From assembly GCA_017399695.1 (NCBI GenBank), contig JAFQBK010000015.1, positions 22,852 to 86,851 on the forward strand: a stretch of DNA of 64,000 nucleotides, given 5' to 3'. The notes under the pieces were generated by a model that was not told the origin of the DNA, did not search any database, and saw only the letters and a program-made list of their open reading frames with translations. This document shows, piece by piece, positions 1-9,456 of the stretch. Position 1 is the first letter of the stretch, and each line of letters starts with the position of its first letter. This stretch comes from Clostridia bacterium (lineage in GTDB: Bacteria > Bacillota > Clostridia > UBA1381 > UBA9506). A program made the position numbers and the translations under genes.

Positions 1-88
1 GACTCTTTCTGCACAGGTATGATAAAATAATAACAAGAATTTTGTCCGACAGACAATTTATTTTTACACAACTGCAGGAGGGGTTTTT

Positions 89-538
89 ATGGCTTTTTGT
101 ACAAAATGCGGCAGCAACTTGCCCGAAGGAGCGCAGTTCTGCACCAGTTGCGGCGCACCGGCTTTCGATAGTGCGCAGAAAACGGCTGTAAACGACGTTT
201 CACAAAACAAGGTATTTGCCATTTTGGCTTATCTCGGTATTCTGGTTTTGGTTCCGATTTTTGCGGCAAAGGATTCTAAATTTGCCCGTTTCCACGCAAA
301 TCAGGGCTTGATTTTGGCGATTTGTGCGGTTGCATACGGCATTGCATACGGTATTTTAAGTGCAATTCTTTTCAGCATCTTTCCTTGGTATCTGTGGAAA
401 ATTCCGAGCCTCATCTGTACTCTTTTGAGCCTCGCTTCGCTGGTCTTTTTGGCGGCGGCAATTTTGGGCATCGTCAATGCGGCTCAGGGTCAGGAAAAAG
501 AGCTTCCGTTCATTGGTAAATACAGAATTTTAAAATAA
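89..538 (+). CDS. zinc-ribbon / DUF4870-like integral membrane protein
   Basis: 149-aa ORF. N-terminal CxxC-x12-CxxC zinc ribbon (FCTKCG...FCTSCG), then hydrophobic helices with an AILAYLGILVLVPIF...RFHANQGL motif remembered from DUF4870 proteins. AGGAGG RBS 7 nt upstream. Confidence 0.6.
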   Translation: MAFCTKCGSNLPEGAQFCTSCGAPAFDSAQKTAVNDVSQNKVFAILAYLGILVLVPIFAAKDSKFARFHANQGLILAICAVAYGIAYGILSAILFSIFPWYLWKIPSLICTLLSLASLVFLAAAILGIVNAAQGQEKELPFIGKYRILK

Positions 539-565
539 TGACATCAAATAATGGAGGGATCACCG

Positions 566-1105
566 ATGGCAAACAAATATGCAGGAACACAGACAGAAAA
601 AAACTTAGAGGCGGCTTTTGCCGGCGAATCGCAGGCAAGAAATAAGTATACCTACTTTGCCTCTGTTGCAAAAAAAGAAGGTTATGAGCAGATTTCCGCT
701 CTGTTTCTAAAAACCGCAGACAACGAAAAGGAACACGCAAAGCTGTGGTTTAAAGAGCTTGAGGGCATCGGCAATACTGCTGAAAATCTGGTAGAAGCTG
801 CTGCAGGAGAGAATTATGAATGGACGGATATGTACGCAGGCTTTGCAGAAACCGCTGAAAAAGAGGGCTTCCCGGAACTGGCGGCAAAATTCCGTTTGGT
901 AGCAGCGATTGAAAAGCATCACGAAGAGCGCTATCGTGCACTCCTGAAAAACATCGAAATGGCAGAGGTTTTTGCAAAATCCGATGTCAAGGTGTGGGAA
1001 TGCCGCAACTGCGGACATCTGGTCGTGGGCACCAAGGCTCCCGAGCTTTGCCCGACCTGTGCACATCCGAAGAGCTATTTCGAAATTCACGCAGAAAACT
1101 ATTAA
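566..1105 (+). CDS. rbr: rubrerythrin
   Basis: [32 protein letters not shown] ferritin-like di-iron domain plus a C-terminal rubredoxin-like CxxC...CxxC (CRNCG...CPTCAHP). ATG at 566 follows a GGAGGG RBS; the track ORF start at 551 is an upstream extension. Confidence 0.9.
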   Translation: MANKYAGTQTEKNLEAAFAGESQARNKYTYFASVAKKEGYEQISALFLKTADNEKEHAKLWFKELEGIGNTAENLVEAAAGENYEWTDMYAGFAETAEKEGFPELAAKFRLVAAIEKHHEERYRALLKNIEMAEVFAKSDVKVWECRNCGHLVVGTKAPELCPTCAHPKSYFEIHAENY

Positions 1106-1115
1106 GAAAAGTCAC

Positions 1116-1149
1116 AAAAAGCTGCATCGCAACCGATGCAGCTTTTTTA
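1116..1149. terminator. bidirectional intrinsic terminator between rbr and the convergent acyltransferase
   Basis: AAAAAGCTGCATCG-caac-CGATGCAGCTTTTTT: 10-bp stem with an A-tract upstream and a T-tract downstream. Confidence 0.7.
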
Positions 1150-1166
1150 TATTTCATCATATAAAA

Positions 1167-2219
1167 TCATTGTCTTTTCCGCAAATAAGAAGGCTCCTTC
1201 GGACAAGACTCCTTCCGCCGGTGCGCCGCCGGAAAAAGCTTTTCCAGCCACGAAAAACCGATGTAATCAATAGCCCGATGACAAATCTTGTTCCCCAAAA
1301 GCACGAGGAGTGCACAAGAAAGCAACACCACCTGCCAGAAAGAAGATATGAGCCACGGACAATACACAGGAATCGCTTTTACAAAAACCCCATGCAGTAT
1401 GAAGATTGGCCACGTATTTTGTCCGATCCTTGTCATCAGAGGGAGCTTTTTATTCAAATATGTTTTCACGCCCAAAAACAGAAACACAATCCAGGCAAAA
1501 GCAATCAAACAGACGACGGCACGAATCCAAATTGTGCTGTGAGTTGCCGCATACGAATAAGACCCATAAAGCACGCCGTTTGCCAGCTTTGCCTCACTTA
1601 AAAACAAAACCGAAAGCACAAGGACTCCCACGGACGCAAGCACGAAGGATGAGCGGCTTTTTTTGTGCTGAGAAAACGCCTCTAAAACGCCGTCCTTTTT
1701 ACAATAGTACCCCAACAAAAACCATATTTGAAACACGAAAAATCGGGACATGGTCAGCGGATAGCCAACGGAGTCAATCAAGCCGACCAGCAAGGAAATA
1801 GCGAAAACACACACCAAAGAGAAAATTTGTCTGCGTCTGTTCGTTGTTTCAAACAGCGGTAAGGTGAGCTGATAAAAAATGCAGGCAAGCATATACCAAA
1901 GCAGCCAATACGGCGTTGTATATTGAAACGCAACCTCGGCGTTTAATGCCGTTCTTGCAAACACGATATAAATGCTTTGAAAAACCAGATAGGGAATACA
2001 CCAGCGGCATAGAATTCTGCGCAGAGAATACTTGATGTTATAACCAAACAGAAAAACAAATGCAGGCATATGAAAGGAGTATATCACCTGATATATCAGC
2101 TGACTGTGCGTAAATGGGGCGCACACCTCCAGAAAATGAGCAAACACCACGAAAAACATCAGGAAACAGCGGATATTATCCAGGGAATAATCTCTTGTTT
2201 TTTCTTCTGTCAAATGCAT
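1167..2219 (-). CDS. acyltransferase family 3 (O-acyltransferase) membrane protein
   Basis: 350-aa polytopic membrane ORF. The N-terminal LDNIRCFLMFFVVFAHF motif is typical of acyltransferase-3 / OatA-like proteins. Confidence 0.75.
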   Translation of the reverse strand: MHLTEEKTRDYSLDNIRCFLMFFVVFAHFLEVCAPFTHSQLIYQVIYSFHMPAFVFLFGYNIKYSLRRILCRWCIPYLVFQSIYIVFARTALNAEVAFQYTTPYWLLWYMLACIFYQLTLPLFETTNRRRQIFSLVCVFAISLLVGLIDSVGYPLTMSRFFVFQIWFLLGYYCKKDGVLEAFSQHKKSRSSFVLASVGVLVLSVLFLSEAKLANGVLYGSYSYAATHSTIWIRAVVCLIAFAWIVFLFLGVKTYLNKKLPLMTRIGQNTWPIFILHGVFVKAIPVYCPWLISSFWQVVLLSCALLVLLGNKICHRAIDYIGFSWLEKLFPAAHRRKESCPKEPSYLRKRQ

Positions 2220-2368
2220 TTCTCTTCACCTGCAAATTCAATTTGTTTGACCTTTGTTATGATGCGCGCCTTCACTTGCCCGCTACTCAAACAGCACCAC
2301 CGTCTCAACATGACTTGTGTGATGTCTGCAACACTATTATCAAGATATTATATTTGTTAAATATAATA

Positions 2369-3349
2369 TTAATAAAGGTGTTTTAAAAATTTCATTTTTC
2401 TCAAATTACTCAGATTTATAATGATTATGCTAAATATAATTGTTGTTAAAGTTGTGATGGTAAATAGAACTATATTATCAACATAGTTTTTATAAAACGG
2501 TATAAATAGATATTGACTAACGTATACTAATGTACTAATTTTTCTAAGAGTAACAGAGTTCTCTTTTTTTATTTTTACGTAAATGTTATTCCCTAATAAA
2601 AACACAAAGTAGCTACATGGGAATACCGATAACCAAAGAATAGTTGACGTCGTGTGAAAAACCATAACGAATAACAAACTTTCAACAACGAGCATGAACA
2701 AAGAAATAATTAAACAACTAACAAGTAACTTTATATTCTTTGTTTTACCTTTGTTTTTGCTTTTTGCTATTGCCATTCCCAACGAAATATATGGAAATGC
2801 ATAAAAAAGTCCATTTCGGCTTCCCAATATATCATTCAATTCTACATGTAATAAATGTTCAAACATTGGTTCCCATGTAGATTTTATACAACCCATAACA
2901 AGAAAGCATATACCGATAATCAAAACTATATTTGGTTTGAATATTTTGAGTAAAGAATAAGTAATAATAAATCCTATTATACTTCCGCACAAATACCATA
3001 ACGCATGTTCGTTACCAAACCATAGATACCTGCTTATAATTTCCATTGGTGTTGCTGAAGATAAAAAATCAACATCAAAAGGAATATACACCACAGACCA
3101 AATAATATATAACATGAGTAACCTTCTCAAATATATATTTATATGAGCTTTTTCTTTAATCCAGAAAAAATATCCACTTGTCACAAAAAAGAAAGGAACA
3201 CATAATCTTGTTATTATTCCAAATCCTCTATCTAACCACATATTAAACCCAAATGGTTCAGTATGTATTCCGACAACAAGTATTGCCATTAAAAGTTTTA
3301 ATAAGTCTATACAATTTATTTTTCCTTTCTCGGTTTCCATTTTACACAC
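2369..3349 (-). CDS. acyltransferase family 3 membrane protein (AT-rich paralog)
   Basis: 326-aa polytopic ORF with IDLLKLLMAILVVGIHT...VPFFFVTSGYF, the same family signature as the neighbouring gene. G+C is far below the flanks. Confidence 0.7.
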   Translation of the reverse strand: MCKMETEKGKINCIDLLKLLMAILVVGIHTEPFGFNMWLDRGFGIITRLCVPFFFVTSGYFFWIKEKAHINIYLRRLLMLYIIWSVVYIPFDVDFLSSATPMEIISRYLWFGNEHALWYLCGSIIGFIITYSLLKIFKPNIVLIIGICFLVMGCIKSTWEPMFEHLLHVELNDILGSRNGLFYAFPYISLGMAIAKSKNKGKTKNIKLLVSCLIISLFMLVVESLLFVMVFHTTSTILWLSVFPCSYFVFLLGNNIYVKIKKENSVTLRKISTLVYVSQYLFIPFYKNYVDNIVLFTITTLTTIIFSIIIINLSNLRKMKFLKHLY

Positions 3350-3402
3350 TCCTTGTATAAATATTTTGTTTTATTTCAAAAAGCAGATATCCCTATTTAT
3401 TT

Positions 3403-4782
3403 TCATATATGACATAGTAGAACACAGCACTCCACATGCCCCGTGTGCGGAAACATATCGACCGGCTGAACCTTTTTGATTTGGTAGCCGCCGGCAACTA
3501 AAGTTGCTGCATCGCGTGCAAGCGTCGCAGGGTTGCAGGAGACATACACGATTTTTTCCGGCCGCATCGAAAGCATCGCCGAAAGCGTTTTTTCGTCGCT
3601 TCCTTTTCTTGGCGGGTCAATGAAAATCACATCGGGAGAAAGTCCCTCAGAAAGCAGCTTTTCACTGATATCCTCGGCGCTTCCTGTATAAAATTCTGCA
3701 TTCTTAATATGATTTCTCGCGGCGTTTTCCTTGGCGTCCACGATTGCCTGTTCGACGATTTCCACCCCGATAACCCGCGCCGCGGATTTTGCGGCACAAA
3801 GGGAAATCGTTCCGATGCCGCAGTATAGGTCTAAAACGGTTTCTGCGCCGGAAAGCCCCGCAAAGCGCACCGCCGTCTCGTAAAGGCGCTCGGTCTGCTG
3901 AGGATTCACCTGATAAAAGCTGTTAGGCGAAATATCAAACGAAAGTCCGGAAAGGGTGTCGGAAATGGTCGCTTTGCCGTAAAGTGTGCGGTTTTTCGCA
4001 CCAAGCACCAAATTATTCTTCTCTGTATTGCTGTTAAGCACAATCGATGAAAGCGTAAAATCGCCCTGCACCGAACAAAGTGCCTCCACTAATTTTTTCT
4101 CCTCAGGAAGACGCGTGCCGTTTACGCTGATGACTGCCATCATCTCGCCCGAATGCGCCCCCGTACGTACAAAAAGACGGCGCACGAGGCCCTTGTGCGT
4201 GGTCTCATCATAGGCGCTGACCTTGTTTTCTTTCATATACCGAACCACAGCGGAAAGCATCTCCGACGCTACTTTTGTCCCCAACGCACAATCGGAAAGT
4301 GCGATGATATGGTGGCTTTTTGCCGCATAGAACCCGCCGACAAGCCTGCCGTCCGCCTTATAACCGATGGGGAACACCATCTTATTGCGGTAGCGTTGCG
4401 GCTCGTCCATCCCGAGTGTCGGGAATACCTCGGCATCCGATAAATCAAGATGCCCCAAACGACGAAGCGCATCGGTCACGATTTGCTGTTTCATTTCCAG
4501 CTGATAAGAATACGACAAATGCGCAAGCTGACAGCCGCCACATTTGGGGAATGCCTTGCAAAACGGCTCTACCCGATGGATTGACGGGGTCACAATCCGC
4601 AGAATCCGCGCAAATGCGTAGCTTTTTTTGACCTTGGTTATCTCAATTTCGAGCGTATCGCCCGCCGCCGCGCCAGCGACAAAAACCGCGAAATCGTCAA
4701 TGCGGCACACGCCGTCCCCTGTCTCGGTATTTGCCGTAATGGTCACAGTATAAATCTCTTTTTCTTTCAGCAAATTCATCAT
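3403..4782 (-). CDS. rlmD: 23S rRNA (uracil-5-)-methyltransferase, RumA/RlmD family
   Basis: N-terminal TRAM-like domain (GDGVCRIDDFAVFVAGAAAGD), a Cys cluster (CKAFPKCGGCQL), a SAM motif (VLDLYCGIGTISL) and a C-terminal VSCNPATLARD catalytic motif. Confidence 0.85.
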   Translation of the reverse strand: MMNLLKEKEIYTVTITANTETGDGVCRIDDFAVFVAGAAAGDTLEIEITKVKKSYAFARILRIVTPSIHRVEPFCKAFPKCGGCQLAHLSYSYQLEMKQQIVTDALRRLGHLDLSDAEVFPTLGMDEPQRYRNKMVFPIGYKADGRLVGGFYAAKSHHIIALSDCALGTKVASEMLSAVVRYMKENKVSAYDETTHKGLVRRLFVRTGAHSGEMMAVISVNGTRLPEEKKLVEALCSVQGDFTLSSIVLNSNTEKNNLVLGAKNRTLYGKATISDTLSGLSFDISPNSFYQVNPQQTERLYETAVRFAGLSGAETVLDLYCGIGTISLCAAKSAARVIGVEIVEQAIVDAKENAARNHIKNAEFYTGSAEDISEKLLSEGLSPDVIFIDPPRKGSDEKTLSAMLSMRPEKIVYVSCNPATLARDAATLVAGGYQIKKVQPVDMFPHTGHVECCVLLCHI

Positions 4783-4984
4783 CCTTTGACGTTTCTTCCG
4801 TTCTTTGTTTTCATTGTATCATATCCTCTCATAATTTTCCACCAAAACACACAGAATAAAGAAAATTTTTTGTTCCCTTGTCCGCCTTGGCAAACGCGTG
4901 CGTATATTGACAAAACCTGCCTTTCGTTGTATAATTGCCATATATAGATTTTATTTGATTTTTCGTTAAAGGAGTGACCTCGTT

Positions 4985-6106
4985 ATGCCGTATGAAGAAG
5001 GGCTTAACATCACCTTTTCATTTATTGTTGCGCTGATTATTTCCTTTGCCGCAACGCCTTTAGTTAAGCGGATGGCATTTTCCATCGGTGCGGTGGATGT
5101 GCCAAAGGATAAGCGCAGAATGCATAAAAAACCCATGGCACGCTTAGGTGGTCTTGCCATTTTTTACGGCTTTATCGTTGCCGTTTTATGTTTTTCCGAT
5201 TTTCTTCTCCCCTCAGGCGGCATCAACTGGGGCGTCATCGGAATTTTAGTCGGCAGTGTCATCATTACCGTGCTCGGTATTTTTGATGACGTAAAACCCC
5301 GCCCCGCGCTCTTTAAGTTTATGATTCAGATTGTGGCGGCAGCCATTCCCGTGCTCTTAAACGTCCGCGTGTTTGCGATTTCCAATCCCTTTGCGGAAAA
5401 CGAGCTTTTGCGCCTGCCGGAATGGCTCTCCATCGGCGGCAGCATCCTCTGGATTGTCGGCGTAACCAACGCGGTGAACTTAATCGACGGCTTAGATGGT
5501 CTTGCGGTCGGCGTGTCCTCGATTGCGGCAGTCGCACTACTTTCCATCCTTTTAATCTCGCCGAACACCAGCGTAACGCTTTTGGTGATGGCGGCAGCCC
5601 TTGCCGGTGCCTGCTTCGGCTTTTTGCCGTATAACTTTAACCCCGCAAAGATTTTTATGGGGGATACCGGCTCCACATTTTTAGGCTTTATCCTTGCGTG
5701 CATTTCGATTCAGGGACCGTTTAAGATGTATGTGGCATTTATGGTGCCGCTCCTCGTTTTAGGTCTTCCGATTTTTGATACTTTGTTTGCGATTGTCCGC
5801 CGTTTGGCGAAAGGTCAGGGCATTATGACTCCCGACCGCGGGCATCTGCATCACCGCCTGATTGATAAGGGCTTTTCGCATCGGACAACGGTCATTATTC
5901 TCTACGGAATGTCGGCAATACTCGCCATCAGCGGTATCATTATGATTCTGTCGGGCATTTCCCGTGCAATGATTCTGATTATTCTAGTCGTTTTATTTTT
6001 GGTCTTCGCCATCGGTCTTGTAAACCGCTTGAATGCACACGAAGACGAAACCGCAGAGCACGTTTTGGAGCAGAGCGAGACAGATACGGAGGGTGAGCAT
6101 GAATAA
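4985..6106 (+). CDS. undecaprenyl-phosphate N-acetylhexosamine-1-phosphate transferase (MraY/WecA/TagO family, GT4)
   Basis: 373-aa polytopic protein with NAVNLIDGLDGLA and FMGDTGS motifs characteristic of the MraY/WecA family. Translationally coupled to wecB. Confidence 0.85.
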   Translation: MPYEEGLNITFSFIVALIISFAATPLVKRMAFSIGAVDVPKDKRRMHKKPMARLGGLAIFYGFIVAVLCFSDFLLPSGGINWGVIGILVGSVIITVLGIFDDVKPRPALFKFMIQIVAAAIPVLLNVRVFAISNPFAENELLRLPEWLSIGGSILWIVGVTNAVNLIDGLDGLAVGVSSIAAVALLSILLISPNTSVTLLVMAAALAGACFGFLPYNFNPAKIFMGDTGSTFLGFILACISIQGPFKMYVAFMVPLLVLGLPIFDTLFAIVRRLAKGQGIMTPDRGHLHHRLIDKGFSHRTTVIILYGMSAILAISGIIMILSGISRAMILIILVVLFLVFAIGLVNRLNAHEDETAEHVLEQSETDTEGEHE

Positions 6107-7253
6107 GCTGAAAGTAATGACCGTGTTCGGGACGCGTCCCGAGGCAATTAAAATGGCTCCTCTTGTAAAAGAGCTGGAATCACGTGAGGAAATCGAGTCC
6201 ATCGTATGCGTCACGGCGCAGCACAGACAGATGCTCGACCAGGTGCTCGCCCGCTTTTCGATTGTGCCTGACTACGACCTCGATATTATGCAGACGGCAC
6301 AGACCCTTTCCGGCATCACCTCAAAATCGCTTGTCGGCTTAGAGGACGTGATGAAACAGGTTGCGCCCGATATCGTTTTAGTACACGGCGACACCTCGAC
6401 CACCTTTGCCGGCGCACTTGCCGCCTTTTACTGTCAGATTAAGGTGGGACACGTCGAGGCAGGACTCAGAACCTACGACAAATACTCGCCGTTCCCCGAA
6501 GAAATGAACCGCAAGCTGACAACGGCGCTGACCGATATCTATTTTGCCCCGACGCAAAACAATAAGGAAAATCTCCTGCGCGAGCTGGTGGATGAGGATT
6601 TGATTTATATTACGGGAAATACCGTCATCGACGCCATCCGCGCGACCGTTGAGGAAAACTATCAGTTCAAGAATGAGTTTTTACAAAACTTTGACTTTGA
6701 GGATAAGCGCGTAATTTTGGTTACGGCGCACCGCCGCGAAAATTTAGGCGAGCCATTAGAGAACATCTGCCGCGCAATTCTCCGCACGGTAGACGCTCAC
6801 CCGGATACCTGCGTAATTTATCCCGTTCACTTAAATCCGAAAGTCAGAGAAACCGTATTCTCCCTTTTGGGCGAGCATCCACGGATTCATCTGATTGACC
6901 CCCTGGATGTCGAAGAACTCCACAACTTAATGGCGCGCGCATACCTTGTGATGACCGACTCCGGCGGACTTCAGGAGGAAGCGCCCTCACTCGGAAAACC
7001 GGTTTTGGTGCTCCGCAACGAAACAGAACGCCCCGAGGCAGTAGCGGCAGGCACCGTAAAAATTGCCGGCGTAGTCGAAGATGAGATTTTTGCGCTTGCA
7101 GACGAGTTGCTCTCTGACAAGGCAGAGTATGATAAAATGTCGCACGCCGTAAACCCCTATGGCGACGGCTTTGCTTCCCGACGCACGGTAGATGCAATTT
7201 TGTATTATTTCGGAAAGAAAAATGAAAAACCGATAGATTTTAAAGCGGAATAA
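6099..7253 (+). CDS. wecB: UDP-N-acetylglucosamine 2-epimerase (non-hydrolysing)
   Basis: MNKLKVMTVFGTRPEAIKMAPL...HVEAGLRT...DSGGLQEE signature. ATG at 6099 overlaps the upstream stop; the track start at 6033 is an in-frame extension into the preceding gene. Confidence 0.9.
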   Translation: MNKLKVMTVFGTRPEAIKMAPLVKELESREEIESIVCVTAQHRQMLDQVLARFSIVPDYDLDIMQTAQTLSGITSKSLVGLEDVMKQVAPDIVLVHGDTSTTFAGALAAFYCQIKVGHVEAGLRTYDKYSPFPEEMNRKLTTALTDIYFAPTQNNKENLLRELVDEDLIYITGNTVIDAIRATVEENYQFKNEFLQNFDFEDKRVILVTAHRRENLGEPLENICRAILRTVDAHPDTCVIYPVHLNPKVRETVFSLLGEHPRIHLIDPLDVEELHNLMARAYLVMTDSGGLQEEAPSLGKPVLVLRNETERPEAVAAGTVKIAGVVEDEIFALADELLSDKAEYDKMSHAVNPYGDGFASRRTVDAILYYFGKKNEKPIDFKAE

Positions 7254-7260
7254 TGATAAT

Positions 7261-7301
7261 ACCCCTTTCTTTGCATATACTGTAAGGAAAGGGGTGTTTT
7301 T
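7261..7301 (+). terminator. intrinsic terminator after wecB
   Basis: ACCCCTTTC...GAAAGGGGT stem followed by GTTTTT, ending 1 nt before the next ATG. Confidence 0.55.
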
Positions 7302-8315
7302 ATGCCAAAACAGGAAATCCATTACTTTACGAAAACGCTTGGCTCTGCCGGCTTTGTTGATTATACGGCGGAAAACGTTTCACACCTTGAGCGTTTTTCT
7401 TATCTCTACGGCTATCCGCTTGCCATCGTCTCCCAGTGGGTGCGCGCCGCACAAAAAGCTGCCGCTGAGCGAGGCTACCCTTGCGAAATTATCCATCATT
7501 TTTTAGAGGATACCCCCATCGGTATCGTCCTGCCCTCACTTTCTTCCGGCTTTTTGTGCGTTCCGTTTGATGCGCTTTCGGCGGAGCATTTTGATTCTCT
7601 TTGCTCAAGCAATGAAAAAACGGCATTTCTTTCTGCACTTTCCAAGGCGCAAGAATGCTTTGTCAAGGCAAAAAAAATCCACGATGACTGGGAAAAAATC
7701 TATGTCTCGCAGATGGATTTTGCTGCCTGCGATGCACTTTCCAAAACGGTGATTCAAAAAATCATGGGAGAGCATCAGGGCTGTGATACCGGGCGTGTCT
7801 TTGTCCGCTTTTTAGGCGCAGCAACAGCAGAGGGTGCGGTGGATAAAATAGAGTCCATTACGGCAGGGCTTTTGCGCCGTTATTTTATCAAAGGACGTCC
7901 GGGGACCGGAAAATCCACGATGCTCCGAAAGCTTGTCGCCGCTGCAACGGAGGCAGGCTTTAACGTCGAAGAATACCATTGCTCGTTTGACCCCAATAGC
8001 CTTGATATGGTAGTCATCCGCGCGCTCGGCGTCTGCCTGTTTGACTCTACCGCTCCGCACGAGCATTTCCCTTCCCGTCCGGGCGACGAGGTGGTGGATA
8101 TCTATGAGGCGGCAGTCAAAGAGGGCACAGATGAGCGCTTCGAAAAAGAGCTTGCCCGCATCGCAGAGGAGTATAAATTCAAAATGCTCGAGGCAAAAAA
8201 AGAGCTTTCGCGCGCCAGAGATATCTTCCAGCGCATCGAAAAACTACGCCTTTCCAATATGGACGCTGCCGCTTGCGAACAAGCGCGAAACGAGGTGCTT
8301 GGCAGGATTTTTTGA
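7302..8315 (+). CDS. P-loop NTPase of unknown function
   Basis: 337-aa ORF with Walker A GRPGTGKST in the C-terminal half. From memory it resembles uncharacterised Firmicute PRK06851-type ATPases; this is unverified. The stop codon lies inside the terminal arm of repeat copy A. Confidence 0.5.
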   Translation: MPKQEIHYFTKTLGSAGFVDYTAENVSHLERFSYLYGYPLAIVSQWVRAAQKAAAERGYPCEIIHHFLEDTPIGIVLPSLSSGFLCVPFDALSAEHFDSLCSSNEKTAFLSALSKAQECFVKAKKIHDDWEKIYVSQMDFAACDALSKTVIQKIMGEHQGCDTGRVFVRFLGAATAEGAVDKIESITAGLLRRYFIKGRPGTGKSTMLRKLVAAATEAGFNVEEYHCSFDPNSLDMVVIRALGVCLFDSTAPHEHFPSRPGDEVVDIYEAAVKEGTDERFEKELARIAEEYKFKMLEAKKELSRARDIFQRIEKLRLSNMDAAACEQARNEVLGRIF

Positions 8316-8682
8316 TCTGTCGATATTTACATTCTTCAAAAATATCAGTTACTAACGCCTCCGGCGGGGGTCCCTTTTGTATCGTCAAAAGGGACGAAAA
8401 CCTCTTGCCGGAAGAAAGAATTAACAGCCTGCCAGAAACGCAGCGCAGAGATAAATTTATATTTCTTTCCTTTCTGCAGTACGTGGTAACGGTTCCAAGG
8501 CGGAGCCTTGGCAGTTTAGGGGGTCCGGGGGGAATCTGACCCCCCGGAGCTTTTGCTTCTTTTGGCATCAAAAGAAGGCCCGTCCGGCAGGACTTGGAAA
8601 CTGGTATATTTGAATAAGGCAAAAAGAGAAAATTATCATAATAACAGATAAAAAGAGCAAGGGAATTTTCCCTTGCTCTTTT
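8311..8682 (+). repeat. interspersed hairpin-rich element, copy A (short variable module)
   Basis: Shares the outer arm (TTTTGATCTGTCGATATTTAC...CAGTTACTAACGCCTCCGGCGGGGG), the 10-bp 5'-module hairpin and the 109-nt core (8485-8593, 108/109 identical to copies C and D). Ends at a GAGCAAGG terminator hairpin. Confidence 0.85.
8651..8682. terminator. GAGCAAGG-family intrinsic terminator (T1), serves the convergent hydrolase gene
   Basis: AAAAGAGCAAGGG-aatttt-CCCTTGCTCTTTT. Confidence 0.7.
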
Positions 8683-8703
8683 ACGCATTTTTCTATTTCC
8701 GTT

Positions 8704-9420
8704 TTATTTATAATTTTCCTCAACAAACTCAATAATCGGCAGCGGGTCATCCAGCCCATGCGGATGATGATGTCCCATCGAGCGGCAAATCACCTCAAGT
8801 TTACCGCCGTGCTCTTTATAATAATTTTCTAAAACTCTGCCGTTTTCCTCATATAAAACAACATCGTCGGCATTGCCGTAGAGCATAATCACCGGGATTT
8901 CGTTTTCAATGAGAGGAGAAAGGTCGTCAATCGGGCTGTTTCTGAAATTCACCACGGTCGAGTGGTTAAAGCCGAATGCATCCACCAGTTCCAGCCAGAA
9001 CGAATCCGCATTCTCTCGGCTTATGGCTCCGAGTCCCGCCATACTTAAAATATTGAGCACCGGGGCATCTAAATACAGCACTGCACAAAGCTCGGGATGG
9101 CGTCTGGCGAGCTGTGCTGCCTGCAGACCGCCGCAGCTCATACCCTCGACAATTACGCGCTCACTCGCGCCAAGCTCTTTCGCGCAATAGCGCACAAAAT
9201 CCGCCATAATATCGGTTTCTAAATCCGTTGCCCATCGGGTTCTGTGGGTAATATGAATCAGATGGTATCCGCGCGAGAGCATCTCAATATCAAAATTCGG
9301 AAAGGCTCCCAGATACTCGGTTTTTAATATCATTTTTCCGTTCGGTTTGCCCTTCGGATAGATAATGAGTGCTTTTCTACCCTCAAAGGTGATGGTCTTT
9401 TCCTTAAAGTCATTCCACAT
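8704..9420 (-). CDS. alpha/beta hydrolase (esterase/dienelactone-hydrolase-like)
   Basis: 238-aa ORF with a nucleophile elbow GMSCGG (GxSxG) and a C-terminal His region. Confidence 0.65.
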   Translation of the reverse strand: MWNDFKEKTITFEGRKALIIYPKGKPNGKMILKTEYLGAFPNFDIEMLSRGYHLIHITHRTRWATDLETDIMADFVRYCAKELGASERVIVEGMSCGGLQAAQLARRHPELCAVLYLDAPVLNILSMAGLGAISRENADSFWLELVDAFGFNHSTVVNFRNSPIDDLSPLIENEIPVIMLYGNADDVVLYEENGRVLENYYKEHGGKLEVICRSMGHHHPHGLDDPLPIIEFVEENYK

Positions 9421-9456
9421 AATAAGCCTCCCATATTACAGAAATAAATTGATATG

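Noticed and set aside
972-1601. A set of long shadow ORFs overlap well-supported genes on the other strand or in another frame. They are 972-1601, 12339-12809, 20522-21031, 22117-22668, 42025-42519, 45633-46139, 47903-48409, 56133-56594 and 56763-57230.
   Set aside because: Each overlaps a gene with clear family motifs. They lack an RBS and have Arg/Ser/Cys-rich compositions typical of out-of-frame reads in ~50% GC DNA.
6033-6098. N-terminal extensions of several track ORFs: wecB 6033, GT2 10239, aroK 26790, rubredoxin 16301, EF-G paralog 54023, cca 55465 and mscL 46844.
   Set aside because: Internal ATGs preceded by good Shine-Dalgarno sequences coincide with the conserved family N-termini. 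The extensions overlap upstream genes or terminators.
8179-8688. ORF-track proteins inside the repeat copies share SCRTGLLLMPKEAKAPGGQIPPGPPKLPRL or VVTVPR.SLGSLGGPGGI. They are 8179-8688(-), 8273-8539(+), 23115-23417(+), 42542-42955(+), 42754-43047(-), 44045-44353(+), 44088-44279(+) and 44194-44472(-).
   Set aside because: The shared peptides come from the same near-identical DNA repeat read on both strands. The ORFs have no conserved start or RBS. Their lengths and frames change with the indels between copies. The sequence is dominated by perfect hairpins. I treat it as non-coding.
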